A DNA stretch of 64,000 nucleotides from Alphaproteobacteria bacterium. GTDB lineage: Bacteria > Pseudomonadota > Alphaproteobacteria > JAVJVX01. The DNA is taken from the NCBI GenBank assembly GCA_040220875.1, contig JAVJVX010000006.1, positions 396,174-460,173 of the forward strand. Reading direction: 5' to 3'. Each line of letters begins with the position of its first letter. Within the stretch, counting starts at the first letter, position 1. The translations under genes and the position numbers were made by a program. Under the pieces are notes generated by a model. It did not search any database, was not told the DNA's origin, and was given only the letters and a program-made list of their open reading frames with translations. Positions 23,861-33,346 of this stretch are shown in pieces.

Positions 23861-25078
23861 ATGGACCCGATGCTGGCCGGCAAGCGCATCCTTCTGGTCA
23901 TCACGGGCGGCATCGCTGCCTATAAGAGCCTTTTCCTGATCCGTCGCCTCAAGGAGGCCGGCGCGGAGCTGCGCTGCATCCTGACCCCGGCGGGGGCCGA
24001 GTTCGTCACACCCCTGTCGGTGCAGGCCCTTTCGGGCGCCCCCGTTTATCGCGATCTCTTCTCATTGACGGACGAGCACGAGATGGGGCACATCCGCCTC
24101 ACTCGCGAGACCGATCTCGTTGTCGTGGCGCCGGCCAGCGCCGATTTCCTCGCCAAGATGGCGCTTGGCCGAAGCGACGACCTTGCGTCCACCGTGCTGC
24201 TTGCGAATCCGCGCCCGGTCCTCGTGGCCCCGGCCATGAACCATGTCATGTGGGCGCATCCCGCAACGGAAGCCCATCTGGCGACGCTGGTCACGCGCGG
24301 GGTGATGATCGCGCCCCCCGGCAAGGGCGAGATGGCCTGCGGCGAGTTCGGTCCCGGCCGGATGGCGGAACCGGAAGAAATCCTCGCCCGGATCACGGAT
24401 TTTTTTACCTCCGACGCGCCGCTCTCGGGCCGCCACGCGCTCGTGACCAGCGGCCCCACGCATGAGGCGATCGATCCGGTACGATTTATCGCCAATCGCT
24501 CCTCCGGCAAGCAGGGCCACGCTATCGCGAAGGCTTTGGCCAGGCTGGGCGCGCGCACGACCCTCGTTTCCGGACCGACATCCCAGCCGGACCCGGCGGG
24601 CGTCACGGTGATCCGCGCCGAATCGGCCGAGGACATGCTCGCTGCCTGCCTCGGCGCGCTGCCGGCCGATATCGCCGTCTGTGCCGCCGCCGTGAGCGAC
24701 TGGCGGCCGAGCGCGGCAGCGCCCGAGAAAATCAAGAAGGGCGGCAACACGGCGCCGCCCGCCATCCGGCTCGCGCCCAACCCGGACATCCTCTGCGAAC
24801 TCGCCCACGCCGCGAGGCGCCCTGGCCTCGTCATCGGGTTCGCGGCCGAGACGTCGCGGGTGGTCGAGAACGCGCGCGAGAAGCGCCGCAGAAAAGGCTG
24901 CGACTGGATCGTGGCCAATGACGTTTCGCACGGGACAGGCGTCTTCGGCGGCGACAGCAATACCGTTCATGTCATTACCGCCGACGGGGTCGAGGACTGG
25001 CCGAAACTGACCAAGGACGAGGTGGCCGGGCGCCTGGCCGGGCGCATCGCCGACCATTTCGCCACGTCCGCCGCCTGA
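23861..25078 (+). CDS. coaBC: Bifunctional phosphopantothenoylcysteine decarboxylase / phosphopantothenate-cysteine ligase
   Basis: Flavoprotein domain (ILLVITGGIAAYKS) followed by the DFP/CoaB domain (ANRSSGKQGHAIAKAL). The internal ATG was chosen because the ORF-track start is a TTG. Confidence 0.9.
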   Translation: MDPMLAGKRILLVITGGIAAYKSLFLIRRLKEAGAELRCILTPAGAEFVTPLSVQALSGAPVYRDLFSLTDEHEMGHIRLTRETDLVVVAPASADFLAKMALGRSDDLASTVLLANPRPVLVAPAMNHVMWAHPATEAHLATLVTRGVMIAPPGKGEMACGEFGPGRMAEPEEILARITDFFTSDAPLSGRHALVTSGPTHEAIDPVRFIANRSSGKQGHAIAKALARLGARTTLVSGPTSQPDPAGVTVIRAESAEDMLAACLGALPADIAVCAAAVSDWRPSAAAPEKIKKGGNTAPPAIRLAPNPDILCELAHAARRPGLVIGFAAETSRVVENAREKRRRKGCDWIVANDVSHGTGVFGGDSNTVHVITADGVEDWPKLTKDEVAGRLAGRIADHFATSAA

Positions 25079-25129
25079 TCCGCCCGACCCGTCCCGACTG
25101 ACCCGTCCCGACTGCCCCAAGGAGTTGCC

Positions 25130-25600
25130 ATGGCCGCGCCTGCCCGAGACGACCAGAGTGTGATCGTTTGCCTCCAACGCCTCCCCCATGGCGCCGATCT
25201 CCCACTCCCGGCTTATGGCAGCGAGGAGGCGGCGGGCTGCGACGTCGTCGCGGCAGTGACAGAGGACCTGGTTTTGGCGCCGGGGGCGCGGGCCCTGATC
25301 CCGACCGGGTTTTGCCTCGATTTGCCGGCCGGCTTCGAGATACAGGTGCGCCCGCGATCGGGCCTCGCGCTCAAGCACGGTATTACGGTGCTGAACGCGC
25401 CGGGGACGGTCGATTCCGATTACCGGGGCGAGGTGGGTGTCATCCTGGTCAATCTCGGCGAGGCGCCGTTCACCATCAGCCGCGGCATGCGCATCGCCCA
25501 GCTGGTCCTGGCCCCGGTGCTGCGCGCCGGTTGGCGGGAGGTGGCCGAGGTTTCCCCGACCCGGCGGGGCGAGGGCGGATTTGGATCGACGGGCAGCTGA
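25130..25600 (+). CDS. dut: dUTP diphosphatase
   Basis: The five dUTPase motifs are present ([45 protein letters not shown]). Confidence 0.9.
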   Translation: MAAPARDDQSVIVCLQRLPHGADLPLPAYGSEEAAGCDVVAAVTEDLVLAPGARALIPTGFCLDLPAGFEIQVRPRSGLALKHGITVLNAPGTVDSDYRGEVGVILVNLGEAPFTISRGMRIAQLVLAPVLRAGWREVAEVSPTRRGEGGFGSTGS

Positions 25601-25612
25601 CGGGCGGACGCG

Positions 25613-26062
25613 ATGCTGACCCTGCCGAGGAAGCTCATGTTCGCGATCGAGGCGGTCACCGACATCGCCCGCCAGCCGCTTGACCGGCCGGTGCCGAGCC
25701 GCGATATCACGAGCCGCCAGGGTATTCCGCCACGCTATCTCGAACAGGTGCTCCAGAAACTGGTGAAGGCCGGCATCCTTTCCGGTATTCGGGGGCCGAA
25801 GGGCGGCTACCGGCTGGCGCGCGAAAGGCGGCGCATCACGCTGGCCGACATCGTGCGCGCGGTCGAGGAGGTGGCGCCGGGGCGCGAAGCGACGGCCGGA
25901 GGAACGGTGCTGCATCGCCAGGTGATCGCCCCGGTCTGGCAGGACGTGCAGGCGGGGACGCTCGAGCGGCTGGACGAAATTTCGATCGAAGATCTCTGCC
26001 TGCGCGCGCAGGCGGCGGGACTTGACGAGGGGGTGGAAAACCCGCTCGACTTCATCATCTAG
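25613..26062 (+). CDS. Rrf2 family transcriptional regulator without the Fe-S-ligating cysteines (CymR-like)
   Basis: Rrf2 wHTH (ITSRQGIPPRYLEQVLQKLVKAGILSGIRGPKGGYRLAR). The three-Cys cluster motif of IscR/NsrR is absent; the only Cys lies in the far C-terminal region. It is immediately upstream of cysK. Confidence 0.8.
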   Translation: MLTLPRKLMFAIEAVTDIARQPLDRPVPSRDITSRQGIPPRYLEQVLQKLVKAGILSGIRGPKGGYRLARERRRITLADIVRAVEEVAPGREATAGGTVLHRQVIAPVWQDVQAGTLERLDEISIEDLCLRAQAAGLDEGVENPLDFII

Positions 26063-26263
26063 ACAGGATTTGGATCCGGGCCGGGCGAACGCCGTAGGCG
26101 GGCCGCAAAATCACGGTATAGTGCGGGACCAGCGGAGGTCGGGAGCCCGCATGCGCGGGCGGGCATGAGGGGCGCGAACACCACACCGAGGCCGAGGCCG
26201 TGGCCGCAGCCGCGACCGAGACCGAGACCGAGCTGAAACGATCGAGGAAACAGGGAGACGAAT

Positions 26264-27229
26264 ATGGCCGCGAACGGTTCCGCGGAATTCCGGGGACACA
26301 TCTACGAGAACATCATCGAAACGGTGGGCGCCACGCCGCTGGTCCGACTGTCGCGAATCGCCGAGGCGGAGAACTGCCCGGCCGATATCGTCGGCAAGCT
26401 GGAATTCTTTAACCCCCTCGCCTCAGTCAAGGACCGTATCGGATCGGCCATGATCGAAGACGCCGAGAAATCCGGCAAGATCACACCAGGCAAGACGGTG
26501 CTGATCGAGCCGACCTCGGGCAATACCGGCATCGCGCTCGCCTTCGTGGCCGCGGCCAAGGGCTACCGGCTGATCCTGACCATGCCGGAAAGCATGTCGA
26601 TCGAGCGGCGCAAGATGCTCAAGCTGCTTGGGGCCGAACTGGATCTGACGCCGGCGGCGCAGGGGATGCGGGGCGCCATCGAACGGGCCGAGGAATTGCA
26701 ACGCGAGCTGCCCGACGCCTACATGCTTCAGCAATTCAAGAACCCTGCCAATCCCGAAATTCATCGGCGCACGACGGCGGAGGAAATCTGGAAGGACACC
26801 GGCGGCAAGGTGGATGCGGTCATCTCGGGTGTCGGCACGGGCGGCACGATCACCGGCGTCGGCGAGGTCTTGAAGTCGCGCAAGGAGAGCGTCCAGATGA
26901 TCGCGGTCGAGCCTGAGGACAGCCCGGTCCTGTCGGGCGGCGCGCCGGGGCCGCACAAGATCCAGGGTATTGGCGCCGGTTTCGTGCCGGATATTCTCAA
27001 GACGGACCTGATCGACCAGGTCATCACCGTATCCAACGAGACCGCCTTTCAGATGGCGCGCAAGCTCGCCAGGCTCGAAGGCATCCCGGTCGGAATCTCA
27101 TCCGGCGCGGCGCTCGCCGCCGCTCTCGAGGTGGGTAAACAGGACGGCATGGCCGGCAAAATGATCGTGGCGATCATTCCCTCCTTCGCCGAACGCTACC
27201 TGTCCACGGCGCTCTTCGAAGACCTCTAG
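26264..27229 (+). CDS. cysK: Cysteine synthase A (O-acetylserine sulfhydrylase)
   Basis: PLP-lysine motif SVKDRIG, and [12 protein letters not shown] (the SGNTG loop). Full-length CysK with a GGAGA RBS. Confidence 0.95.
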   Translation: MAANGSAEFRGHIYENIIETVGATPLVRLSRIAEAENCPADIVGKLEFFNPLASVKDRIGSAMIEDAEKSGKITPGKTVLIEPTSGNTGIALAFVAAAKGYRLILTMPESMSIERRKMLKLLGAELDLTPAAQGMRGAIERAEELQRELPDAYMLQQFKNPANPEIHRRTTAEEIWKDTGGKVDAVISGVGTGGTITGVGEVLKSRKESVQMIAVEPEDSPVLSGGAPGPHKIQGIGAGFVPDILKTDLIDQVITVSNETAFQMARKLARLEGIPVGISSGAALAAALEVGKQDGMAGKMIVAIIPSFAERYLSTALFEDL

Positions 27230-27296
27230 GCGCCGACGGACCATTGCCATGGCACGGGCGGGCGCGGGAACAGCGCCGCGTCCGGCAGAGGAAGGC

Positions 27297-28091
27297 ATGG
27301 ATTTTACGGACACCCAGCTTCGCCGCTATGCCCGCCATATCGTGCTGCCCGAAATCGGCGGCGCCGGACAGGAACGCCTGAACCGGGCGAGCGTGCTCGT
27401 GATCGGTGCCGGCGGGCTGGGCTCTCCCCTTCTCATGTATCTCGCCGCCGCAGGCGTCGGCCGCCTCGGCATCGTGGATGACGACCGCGTGGAGCTGACC
27501 AATCTTCACCGTCAGATCATCCACCGCGAATCGGCGCTGGGCCAATCCAAGCTGGAGAGTGCCCGGCGGACCCTGGCCGACATCAACCCCGATACGCGGG
27601 TCGAGCTTCACGAAACCAGATTCTCGGCCGCGAACGCGCTCGATATTCTGGCCGGTTACGACCTCGTAGCCGATGGCAGCGATAATTTCGCGACCCGCTA
27701 CCTCGCGAATGACGCGGCGATGCTCTCAAAAAAACCGCTGGTGAGTGCCTCCGTTCTCAAATTCGAGGCACAGATCGCGACCTTTCGGGCGTTCGACGGC
27801 GGCGGCCGGCCCTGCTATCGCTGCCTTTATCCCGAGGCGCCGGCGCCGGGCACGGTGCCGAGCTGCGCCGAGGGTGGCGTCATGGGGGCCGTGGTCGGCG
27901 TGGCCGGATCGCTGCAGGCGAGCGAAGTCATCAAGGAGATTCTCGGCCTGGGCGAAAGCCTGGCCGGACATCTGTTGCTCTATGATGCGCTCGGCACCCG
28001 CTTCCGGAAGATTCGCGTGCCGGCCGACCCGGCCTGCCCGCTTTGCGGCGCCAACCCGACGATCCGGGATCTCGGTCACCATGGCGCGTGA
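27297..28091 (+). CDS. MoeB/ThiF-type E1-like adenylyltransferase lacking a rhodanese domain
   Basis: Nucleotide-binding LVIGAGGLGSP, with two CxxC pairs (CYRC, CPLC) in the C-terminal Zn motif. Length is 264 aa. The internal ATG (MDFTD) was chosen as the start. Confidence 0.85.
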   Translation: MDFTDTQLRRYARHIVLPEIGGAGQERLNRASVLVIGAGGLGSPLLMYLAAAGVGRLGIVDDDRVELTNLHRQIIHRESALGQSKLESARRTLADINPDTRVELHETRFSAANALDILAGYDLVADGSDNFATRYLANDAAMLSKKPLVSASVLKFEAQIATFRAFDGGGRPCYRCLYPEAPAPGTVPSCAEGGVMGAVVGVAGSLQASEVIKEILGLGESLAGHLLLYDALGTRFRKIRVPADPACPLCGANPTIRDLGHHGA

Positions 28092-28536
28092 GCCACACGC
28101 CGAACATGCGATGTCGCCCCTTGCCCTGGTGCTGCATGATGGCGCCTTCGAGCGGGTCCACTACGCCCTCGTCATGGCCAGCGCCGCCTGCGCCCTCGGC
28201 CGGCCGGTCATGCTGTTCGTGACGGGCCGGGCACTGCACGCCTTCCGGCGGCCAAAACCTGGCGGCGTGCCGGGCTGGGTCGGGCTGACGAGCAGGGATG
28301 GCAGCGAAACCGCGGTCGGGATCGATGACGGCCATGGCCGGCGCGGGCTGGGACGGTTCGAGGAGCTCCTCGCCGCAACGGCGGAGCTCGAGGCGCGGTT
28401 CATTGCGTGCGAGATGGGCTTGCTGGGCGAAGATCTGGCGATTTCCGATCTCAGGCCCGATATTCCGTTCGAGGTGGCGGGGATCGTGACGCTCTACAAC
28501 TGGGCGGGACCTGCCGGCCAGATCGTCTTTATCTAG
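28081..28536 (+). CDS. DsrE/DsrF(TusD)-like sulfur-relay family protein (putative)
   Basis: N-terminus LALVLHDGAFERVHYALVMASAACALGRPVMLFVTGRAL, a mid-protein Cys (IACEMG), and a C-terminal ...QIVFI all follow the DsrE-fold pattern. The gene overlaps the 3' end of the E1-like gene (the start could also be the ATG at 28111). Confidence 0.55.
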   Translation: MAREPHAEHAMSPLALVLHDGAFERVHYALVMASAACALGRPVMLFVTGRALHAFRRPKPGGVPGWVGLTSRDGSETAVGIDDGHGRRGLGRFEELLAATAELEARFIACEMGLLGEDLAISDLRPDIPFEVAGIVTLYNWAGPAGQIVFI

Positions 28537-28576
28537 GCTGACCGGCATCCAGGCCGGCCGGCCGGCGGACCGCGAT

Positions 28577-29563
28577 TCAGATCAGGGTTTCGAGCACGCG
28601 GTCGGGCGGGGTGTGGCCATCCACGTAGGTCCGGATATTCACGATCACCTTCTCGCCCATCTCGATCCGGGCCTCGATGGTCGAGGATGAGAGATGGGGC
28701 AGCAGTACAACGTTGGGGAGCTCGAGCAGGGCCGGGTTGACGTCGGGCTCGTGCTCGAACACGTCGAGCCCCGCCCCCGCGATCCGGCCCTCGCGCAGGA
28801 GCGAGACCAGCGCCGTCTCGTCCACCACCTCGCCGCGCGACGTGTTGATCAGATAGCTTTCCCGTCGGAGCAGACCGAGACGGCGCGCCGAGAGAAGATG
28901 GAAGGTGGCGGGCGTGTGCGGGCAGTTGATCGAAACGATGTCCATATGGGCGAGCATCTGGTCGAGGCTTTCCCAGTAGGTCGCCTCGAGCTCGCGCTCG
29001 GTATCGGGCGCCACGGGCCGGCGGTTGTGATAATGGATCGAAAGCCCGAAGCCGCGCGCGCGACGGGCCACCGCGGTGCCAATGCGGCCCATTCCGATGA
29101 TGCCAAGTCGTTTGCCCGAAATGCGGTGACCCATCATGAAGGTGGGACTCCAGCCGCGCCACTCATGGGCGCGCACCAGCCTGTCCCCCTCGGCCAGGCG
29201 CCGCGGCACGGACAGGATCAGCGCCATCGTCATATCGGCCGTATCTTCCGTCAGCACGCCGGGCGTGTTTGTAACCGCAATTCGGCGATCGGCGGCGGCC
29301 TCAAGATCGATGTGATCGACGCCGTTTCCAAAATTGGCGAGCAGGCGGAGCTTGGGGCCGGCATGGTCGAGAAGCCCGGCATCGATCCGGTCGGTCAGAG
29401 TAGGAACCACCACATCGGCGTTGGCCAGCGCCTCGGCAAGTTCCGCCCGGCTCAACCGGTGATCATCGAGATTGAGCCGGGTGTCGAAAAGCTCCATCAT
29501 CCGCGTCTCGATGACGTCAGGCAGCTTGCGCGTGACGACGACCAGGGGACGTTTCTGGGCCAT
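28577..29563 (-). CDS. D-isomer-specific 2-hydroxyacid dehydrogenase (glyoxylate/hydroxypyruvate reductase / glycerate dehydrogenase-like)
   Basis: NAD-binding GIIGMGRIGTAVARRA, plus the catalytic Arg/Glu/His triad region (...TSRGEVVDE...HLSSST). Confidence 0.9.
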   Translation of the reverse strand: MAQKRPLVVVTRKLPDVIETRMMELFDTRLNLDDHRLSRAELAEALANADVVVPTLTDRIDAGLLDHAGPKLRLLANFGNGVDHIDLEAAADRRIAVTNTPGVLTEDTADMTMALILSVPRRLAEGDRLVRAHEWRGWSPTFMMGHRISGKRLGIIGMGRIGTAVARRARGFGLSIHYHNRRPVAPDTERELEATYWESLDQMLAHMDIVSINCPHTPATFHLLSARRLGLLRRESYLINTSRGEVVDETALVSLLREGRIAGAGLDVFEHEPDVNPALLELPNVVLLPHLSSSTIEARIEMGEKVIVNIRTYVDGHTPPDRVLETLI

Positions 29564-29773
29564 ATCCTCCTCGACGTTTCCTCCGCCCGCGCGGCGCCAG
29601 GCTCGCCGGACCGTTCGGACGGCGCCTGCCCCTCTCCGCTCGATGTTGCGGGGTTTTGAACGGGGTCCTTGAAATAGGAACCGCAGGCGGATTATGGGAT
29701 TAGCGAAAACGGGCGCGCCTGTCCACGGGGGTCGCGGGGCCGGGCTCGCGAAAAGTGGGAAATATCGGAAAAG

Positions 29774-30367
29774 TTGGGACCGGTCTTGATTTCACCTGAA
29801 CATCGCCAGCGCCCTGCCGGGGCTCCCCGCCGGACCGGCCGGCGCCAGCCCCGGCGCGGTCCCGTCGCCTGGCTGCTGATTGCCGCCCTCGGATTTCTGG
29901 CCCAGGCCCCCAGCGCCGGGAACACCGGGGCGGCCGACGACGCTCTCGGGCCCAGCGGGCTCAGTCTGCCCCGCTACGTCTCGCTCAGGGCCGATGAGGT
30001 CAATCTCCGGACCGGGCCAGGCATCCAGTATCCGATCGAATGGGTTTATCACCGCCGGCATTATCCGATCGAGATTATCGCCGAATTCGACACCTGGCGG
30101 CGTATCCGCGACCCCGAGGGGACGGAGGGCTGGGTGCACCAGTCCATGCTCTCCGGACGGCGATTTGCCCTGGTCACGGCGGAACAGGCCGTGCTGCGCC
30201 ATCGGCCCGAGGCCGATGCGGCGCCTGTCGCGCGGCTCGAGCGGGGGGTCATCGCCGAGATCGGCGATTGCCGGGCCGCCTGGTGCCGGATCGCGGTGGC
30301 GGGACTGCGCGGCTGGCTCATGCGCCAGCAGATCTGGGGCATCTACCCCGGCGAAAGCCCGGACTGA
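29774..30367 (+). CDS. Secreted bacterial SH3-like (DUF1058) domain protein
   Basis: Arg-rich n-region and hydrophobic signal, followed by the LPRYVSLRADEVNLRTGPGIQYPIEW...WRRIRDPEGTEGWVHQSML SH3b-like pattern. The ORF-track start is a TTG. Confidence 0.6.
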   Translation: MGPVLISPEHRQRPAGAPRRTGRRQPRRGPVAWLLIAALGFLAQAPSAGNTGAADDALGPSGLSLPRYVSLRADEVNLRTGPGIQYPIEWVYHRRHYPIEIIAEFDTWRRIRDPEGTEGWVHQSMLSGRRFALVTAEQAVLRHRPEADAAPVARLERGVIAEIGDCRAAWCRIAVAGLRGWLMRQQIWGIYPGESPD

Positions 30368-30395
30368 CCCGGACTGAAAGGCCGACGGGCCAAAT

Positions 30396-30983
30396 CTAGG
30401 ATTTGAAATCCCGGGCCAGGTTGGCGCGGACATTCTCGGGCAGGACCGCCATATGGCTGTAATTGGGATGGCTGAATCCGAGGACGACCTGGGTATCGGG
30501 GGCCGAGAACTTTTCGACCTGTGCCGCGGTAAAGGGGAAGGTGATGAACTGCACGGAGGATGCCTTTCCTTCCGCCGTTGTCCGGTCGACATCCTCTTCC
30601 GGCACGCCTTTGACGGTTTCGCCCGCGAAGGTCATCGTCGCCGTTTCCTCGAAGCCGCCCAGCCTGGCGAGCGCCCGCCGGCGACGCGTTTCGTCCTCGA
30701 TCTCCAGCATGACCGTCGCCACGAGCTCGCCCTCGCCCGGGATCAGCGGATTATAGGCCTCGAGCTCGCCGGCGATCTGGTCTTCGCCGCCGCGTTCGAT
30801 GTACAGCATCTCGTGCACCTGGTGCCACATCGTGTCGTAATTCTCGAAATAGAACGTGGCGAAGGGCCCCACCTCGACCCGGCGGTTCTTCTTGATTTCA
30901 CTGACTTTGGCGCGGCGCTCCTTGCGGTTGGCCGCGTATTCCTCCATCGGAAGAATATCGTCACGGGTGATTTCGCGCTTCAT
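30396..30983 (-). CDS. DUF3501-like protein, last gene of the rubrerythrin operon
   Basis: 195-aa soluble protein matching my recollection of DUF3501 (PF12007), a family of unknown function. It lies downstream of the rubrerythrin and CCG-domain Fe-S protein genes. No catalytic motif was recognised. Confidence 0.65.
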   Translation of the reverse strand: MKREITRDDILPMEEYAANRKERRAKVSEIKKNRRVEVGPFATFYFENYDTMWHQVHEMLYIERGGEDQIAGELEAYNPLIPGEGELVATVMLEIEDETRRRRALARLGGFEETATMTFAGETVKGVPEEDVDRTTAEGKASSVQFITFPFTAAQVEKFSAPDTQVVLGFSHPNYSHMAVLPENVRANLARDFKS

Positions 30984-31091
30984 GACAACTTCCCGTTCGT
31001 GATTGCGTTATGGTCGGGCTGACGGACCTGCCTGTCGCGGCCAGTCGCCGGTTCCTTTCGGCACGCCATTTCCTACGTCTTGCGATGACAC

Positions 31092-32432
31092 CTAGATCAG
31101 CCCGTAGGATTGCGCCATGAGCTGAACAGGGTGCCGGCTCTGATCGATCTCGAGTGTATTGTCCTCCAGCCGGTCGAGACCCTGACGGATATGGTCGCCC
31201 GCCAGCGGACATTCGGCGCACAGATACTTCTTTCCCGCCTTGGCCGTCTGCCGGGCAACGGGCTTGCCCACTTTGAGGGCAATTTCGAAATTCTCCTTGA
31301 GGACCCCCCAGGAGCCGCCGTGGCCCGAGCAACGCTCGATCGGGGTGACGTCGGCCTCGGGCAGAAGACGCAGCATTTCCGTCGCCTTCTGTCCCATATT
31401 CTGGGCCCGCGAATGGCATGAGATATGGACCGTTACCCCGCCGTCGAGCGGCTGCATGCCTGGTGCCAGCCCCTCCCTCTTGCTGATGTCGACGATGTAT
31501 TCCGCGACGTCGCGGGTATTGGCTGAAAGCAGCTTTACGTCCTCGTTCTCCGGCACGATGAGCGGCCATTCAAATTTGAGCATCAGGGCGCAACTCGGCA
31601 CCAGAGCGATGACCTCGTAACCTTTCTCAATCCAGGGCTTCATTTCGGCCGCGACCTTTTCGGCACGCCGCGCCACTTCCTCGAAATCGCCATGCTCGAG
31701 CTTGGGCATACCGCAGCAAACGGGATAGACCACTTCGGTCTCGACGCCGTTCCGGGCCAGCACCGCGCGCGTCGCCATGCCGATTTCGGGGTTGTTGTAA
31801 TTGGAAAAACAGGTGGCGTAGATCACCGCCTTGCGTCCGTAGGCGGGCGCATCCTTGTTGACCTCGACCGGGTTGCGCCGGGCACGGGTTTCAAAGGTCT
31901 GGCCATGAAATTTGGGAAGCGCCGCGTTGCGGTCGACGCCAGCCACCATCTCGAGCACCGGTCGCGTCAGGGCATTGCCCTCACGGCTGGCCCAGTTGGC
32001 CAGTCCCGCCACAGGCGCCGCCAGCTTGCCGTTGCGGTCGGTCTCGGTGAGCTGTTTCTGGGTAAAGGGCACCTCGCCCTTTTTCAGCTCGACCGCGCGG
32101 GCGCGCAGCATGAGATGGGGGAAATCAAGGTCGAACTCGTGCGGCGGCACATAGGGACACTTCGTCATGAAACACATGTCACACAGGGTGCACGCCTCCA
32201 CGACGGGGCCGAACCCTTCGGAATCGACCGAATCGAGTTCGCCTGTCTTCGATTCGTCGATCAGGTCGAAGAGTCGCGGAAAACTGTCGCAAAGATTGAA
32301 GCATCGCCGGCAGCCGTGACAGATATCGAAGACACGCCGAAATTCTTCGTCGAGCTTTTCCTCGTCGTAGAAATCCGGATTACGCCAATCGATCGGGTGG
32401 CGTGTCGGCGCTTGCAGGGAACCTTCGGTCAT
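31092..32432 (-). CDS. Heterodisulfide-reductase-D / GlpC-like (Fe-S)-binding protein with two CCG domains
   Basis: Two 4Fe-4S ferredoxin motifs (CHGCRRCFNLC, CTLCDMCFMTKCP) followed by Cys-rich CCG-type repeats (PSCALMLK..., CAECPLAGDHI). Confidence 0.8.
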   Translation of the reverse strand: MTEGSLQAPTRHPIDWRNPDFYDEEKLDEEFRRVFDICHGCRRCFNLCDSFPRLFDLIDESKTGELDSVDSEGFGPVVEACTLCDMCFMTKCPYVPPHEFDLDFPHLMLRARAVELKKGEVPFTQKQLTETDRNGKLAAPVAGLANWASREGNALTRPVLEMVAGVDRNAALPKFHGQTFETRARRNPVEVNKDAPAYGRKAVIYATCFSNYNNPEIGMATRAVLARNGVETEVVYPVCCGMPKLEHGDFEEVARRAEKVAAEMKPWIEKGYEVIALVPSCALMLKFEWPLIVPENEDVKLLSANTRDVAEYIVDISKREGLAPGMQPLDGGVTVHISCHSRAQNMGQKATEMLRLLPEADVTPIERCSGHGGSWGVLKENFEIALKVGKPVARQTAKAGKKYLCAECPLAGDHIRQGLDRLEDNTLEIDQSRHPVQLMAQSYGLI

Positions 32433-32605
32433 CGTTTGCCTGTCCGGTTTGTTGCGTGACGGGTCTGAGGGGGGCGGGACGGCGCGGCGGCGGCAGTGCC
32501 GGAACCTCCGCCGGCGCAGCCGGTCGCGTGACTGCGGCGGGTCAGGTGGCAGCCACGTGGGGGAGAGAAGCTCCCCCCCACCGCGGCCCGCTGGAGAGCC
32601 TGACC

Positions 32606-33019
32606 TTACAGCTCGTCGAGCGACTTCTGGAAGCGGCCGGCATGCGACTTCTCGGCCTTGGCGAGAGTCTCGAACCAGTCGGCGATTTCGTCGAAACCTT
32701 CCTCGCGGGCGGTCCGCGCCATGCCGGGATACATGTCGGTGTATTCGTGGGTCTCACCGGCAACGGCGGCCTTGAGGTTCTTGTCGGTCGAACCGATCGG
32801 CTCGCCCGTGGCCGGATCGCCGACTTCCTCGAGGAATTCGAGATGGCCGTGAGCGTGACCCGTTTCGCCTTCGGCGGTGGAGCGAAAGACTGCGGCAACG
32901 TCGTTAAAGCCTTCGACATCGGCTTTCTGAGCGAAATAGAGATAGCGACGGTTGGCCTGGGATTCGCCCGCAAAGGCGTCTTTCAGATTCTGTTCTGTCT
33001 TGGATCCTTTAAGTGACAT
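32606..33019 (-). CDS. Rubrerythrin family protein (erythrin-type diiron four-helix bundle, no rubredoxin domain)
   Basis: Diiron ligand pattern E...E..H twice ([41 protein letters not shown]). Confidence 0.85.
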   Translation of the reverse strand: MSLKGSKTEQNLKDAFAGESQANRRYLYFAQKADVEGFNDVAAVFRSTAEGETGHAHGHLEFLEEVGDPATGEPIGSTDKNLKAAVAGETHEYTDMYPGMARTAREEGFDEIADWFETLAKAEKSHAGRFQKSLDEL

Positions 33020-33196
33020 CGTGGGACTCCCTTGTCCTGTCCTTCAGTTTCGGTAGGCAGATCGTTTTTATCGACCCCGCTTTTTGTTTTTCAGTCCGGC
33101 ACCACGATCGGATTGCGCCCGACCGGGGCTCGGTTACGTCATGGCGCGACTGGCGCCTGGCCCTAATATGAGCGCGTCGGGAGGGAGAGTCAATAG

Positions 33197-33213
33197 TTTG
33201 GAATAATTCCAAA
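33197..33213. promoter_or_regulatory. Perfect 17-bp palindrome TTTGGAATAATTCCAAA, resembling an iron-control-element / Irr-box, upstream of the rubrerythrin operon
   Basis: Read directly from the sequence. It matches the ICE consensus TTTAGAA-N3-TTCTAAA at 15 of 17 positions, the two differences being one symmetric A/T-to-G/C pair. It lies between the Irr-like gene and the rubrerythrin start. Confidence 0.5.
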
Positions 33214-33275
33214 GTATTTTACACGGGTATGACAGGAAAGGATAAAACTGGTCGGAAAGCCCGTCGGATCCGGGC

Positions 33276-33320
33276 GTGTCTGCCGGACGTGTCTGCCGGA
33301 CGTGTCTGGCCGACGTATCT
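33276..33320. repeat. 13-bp direct tandem repeat (GTGTCTGCCGGAC, three copies plus a partial) just downstream of the irr-like gene
   Basis: Sequence reads gtgtctgccggac gtgtctgccggac gtgtctggccgac gtatct. Confidence 0.6.
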
Positions 33321-33346
33321 AACAGGGGCGCGGCGCCCGGCCGGAA

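Noticed and set aside
26063-26263. Search for a ThiS/MoaD/CysO-like small carrier ORF ending in Gly-Gly near the cysK / E1-like / DsrE-like cluster
   Set aside because: None of the small ORFs in or around 25600-28600 ends in GG or has a ubiquitin-like beta-grasp signature. The absence is itself noted under the cysK-cluster finding.}
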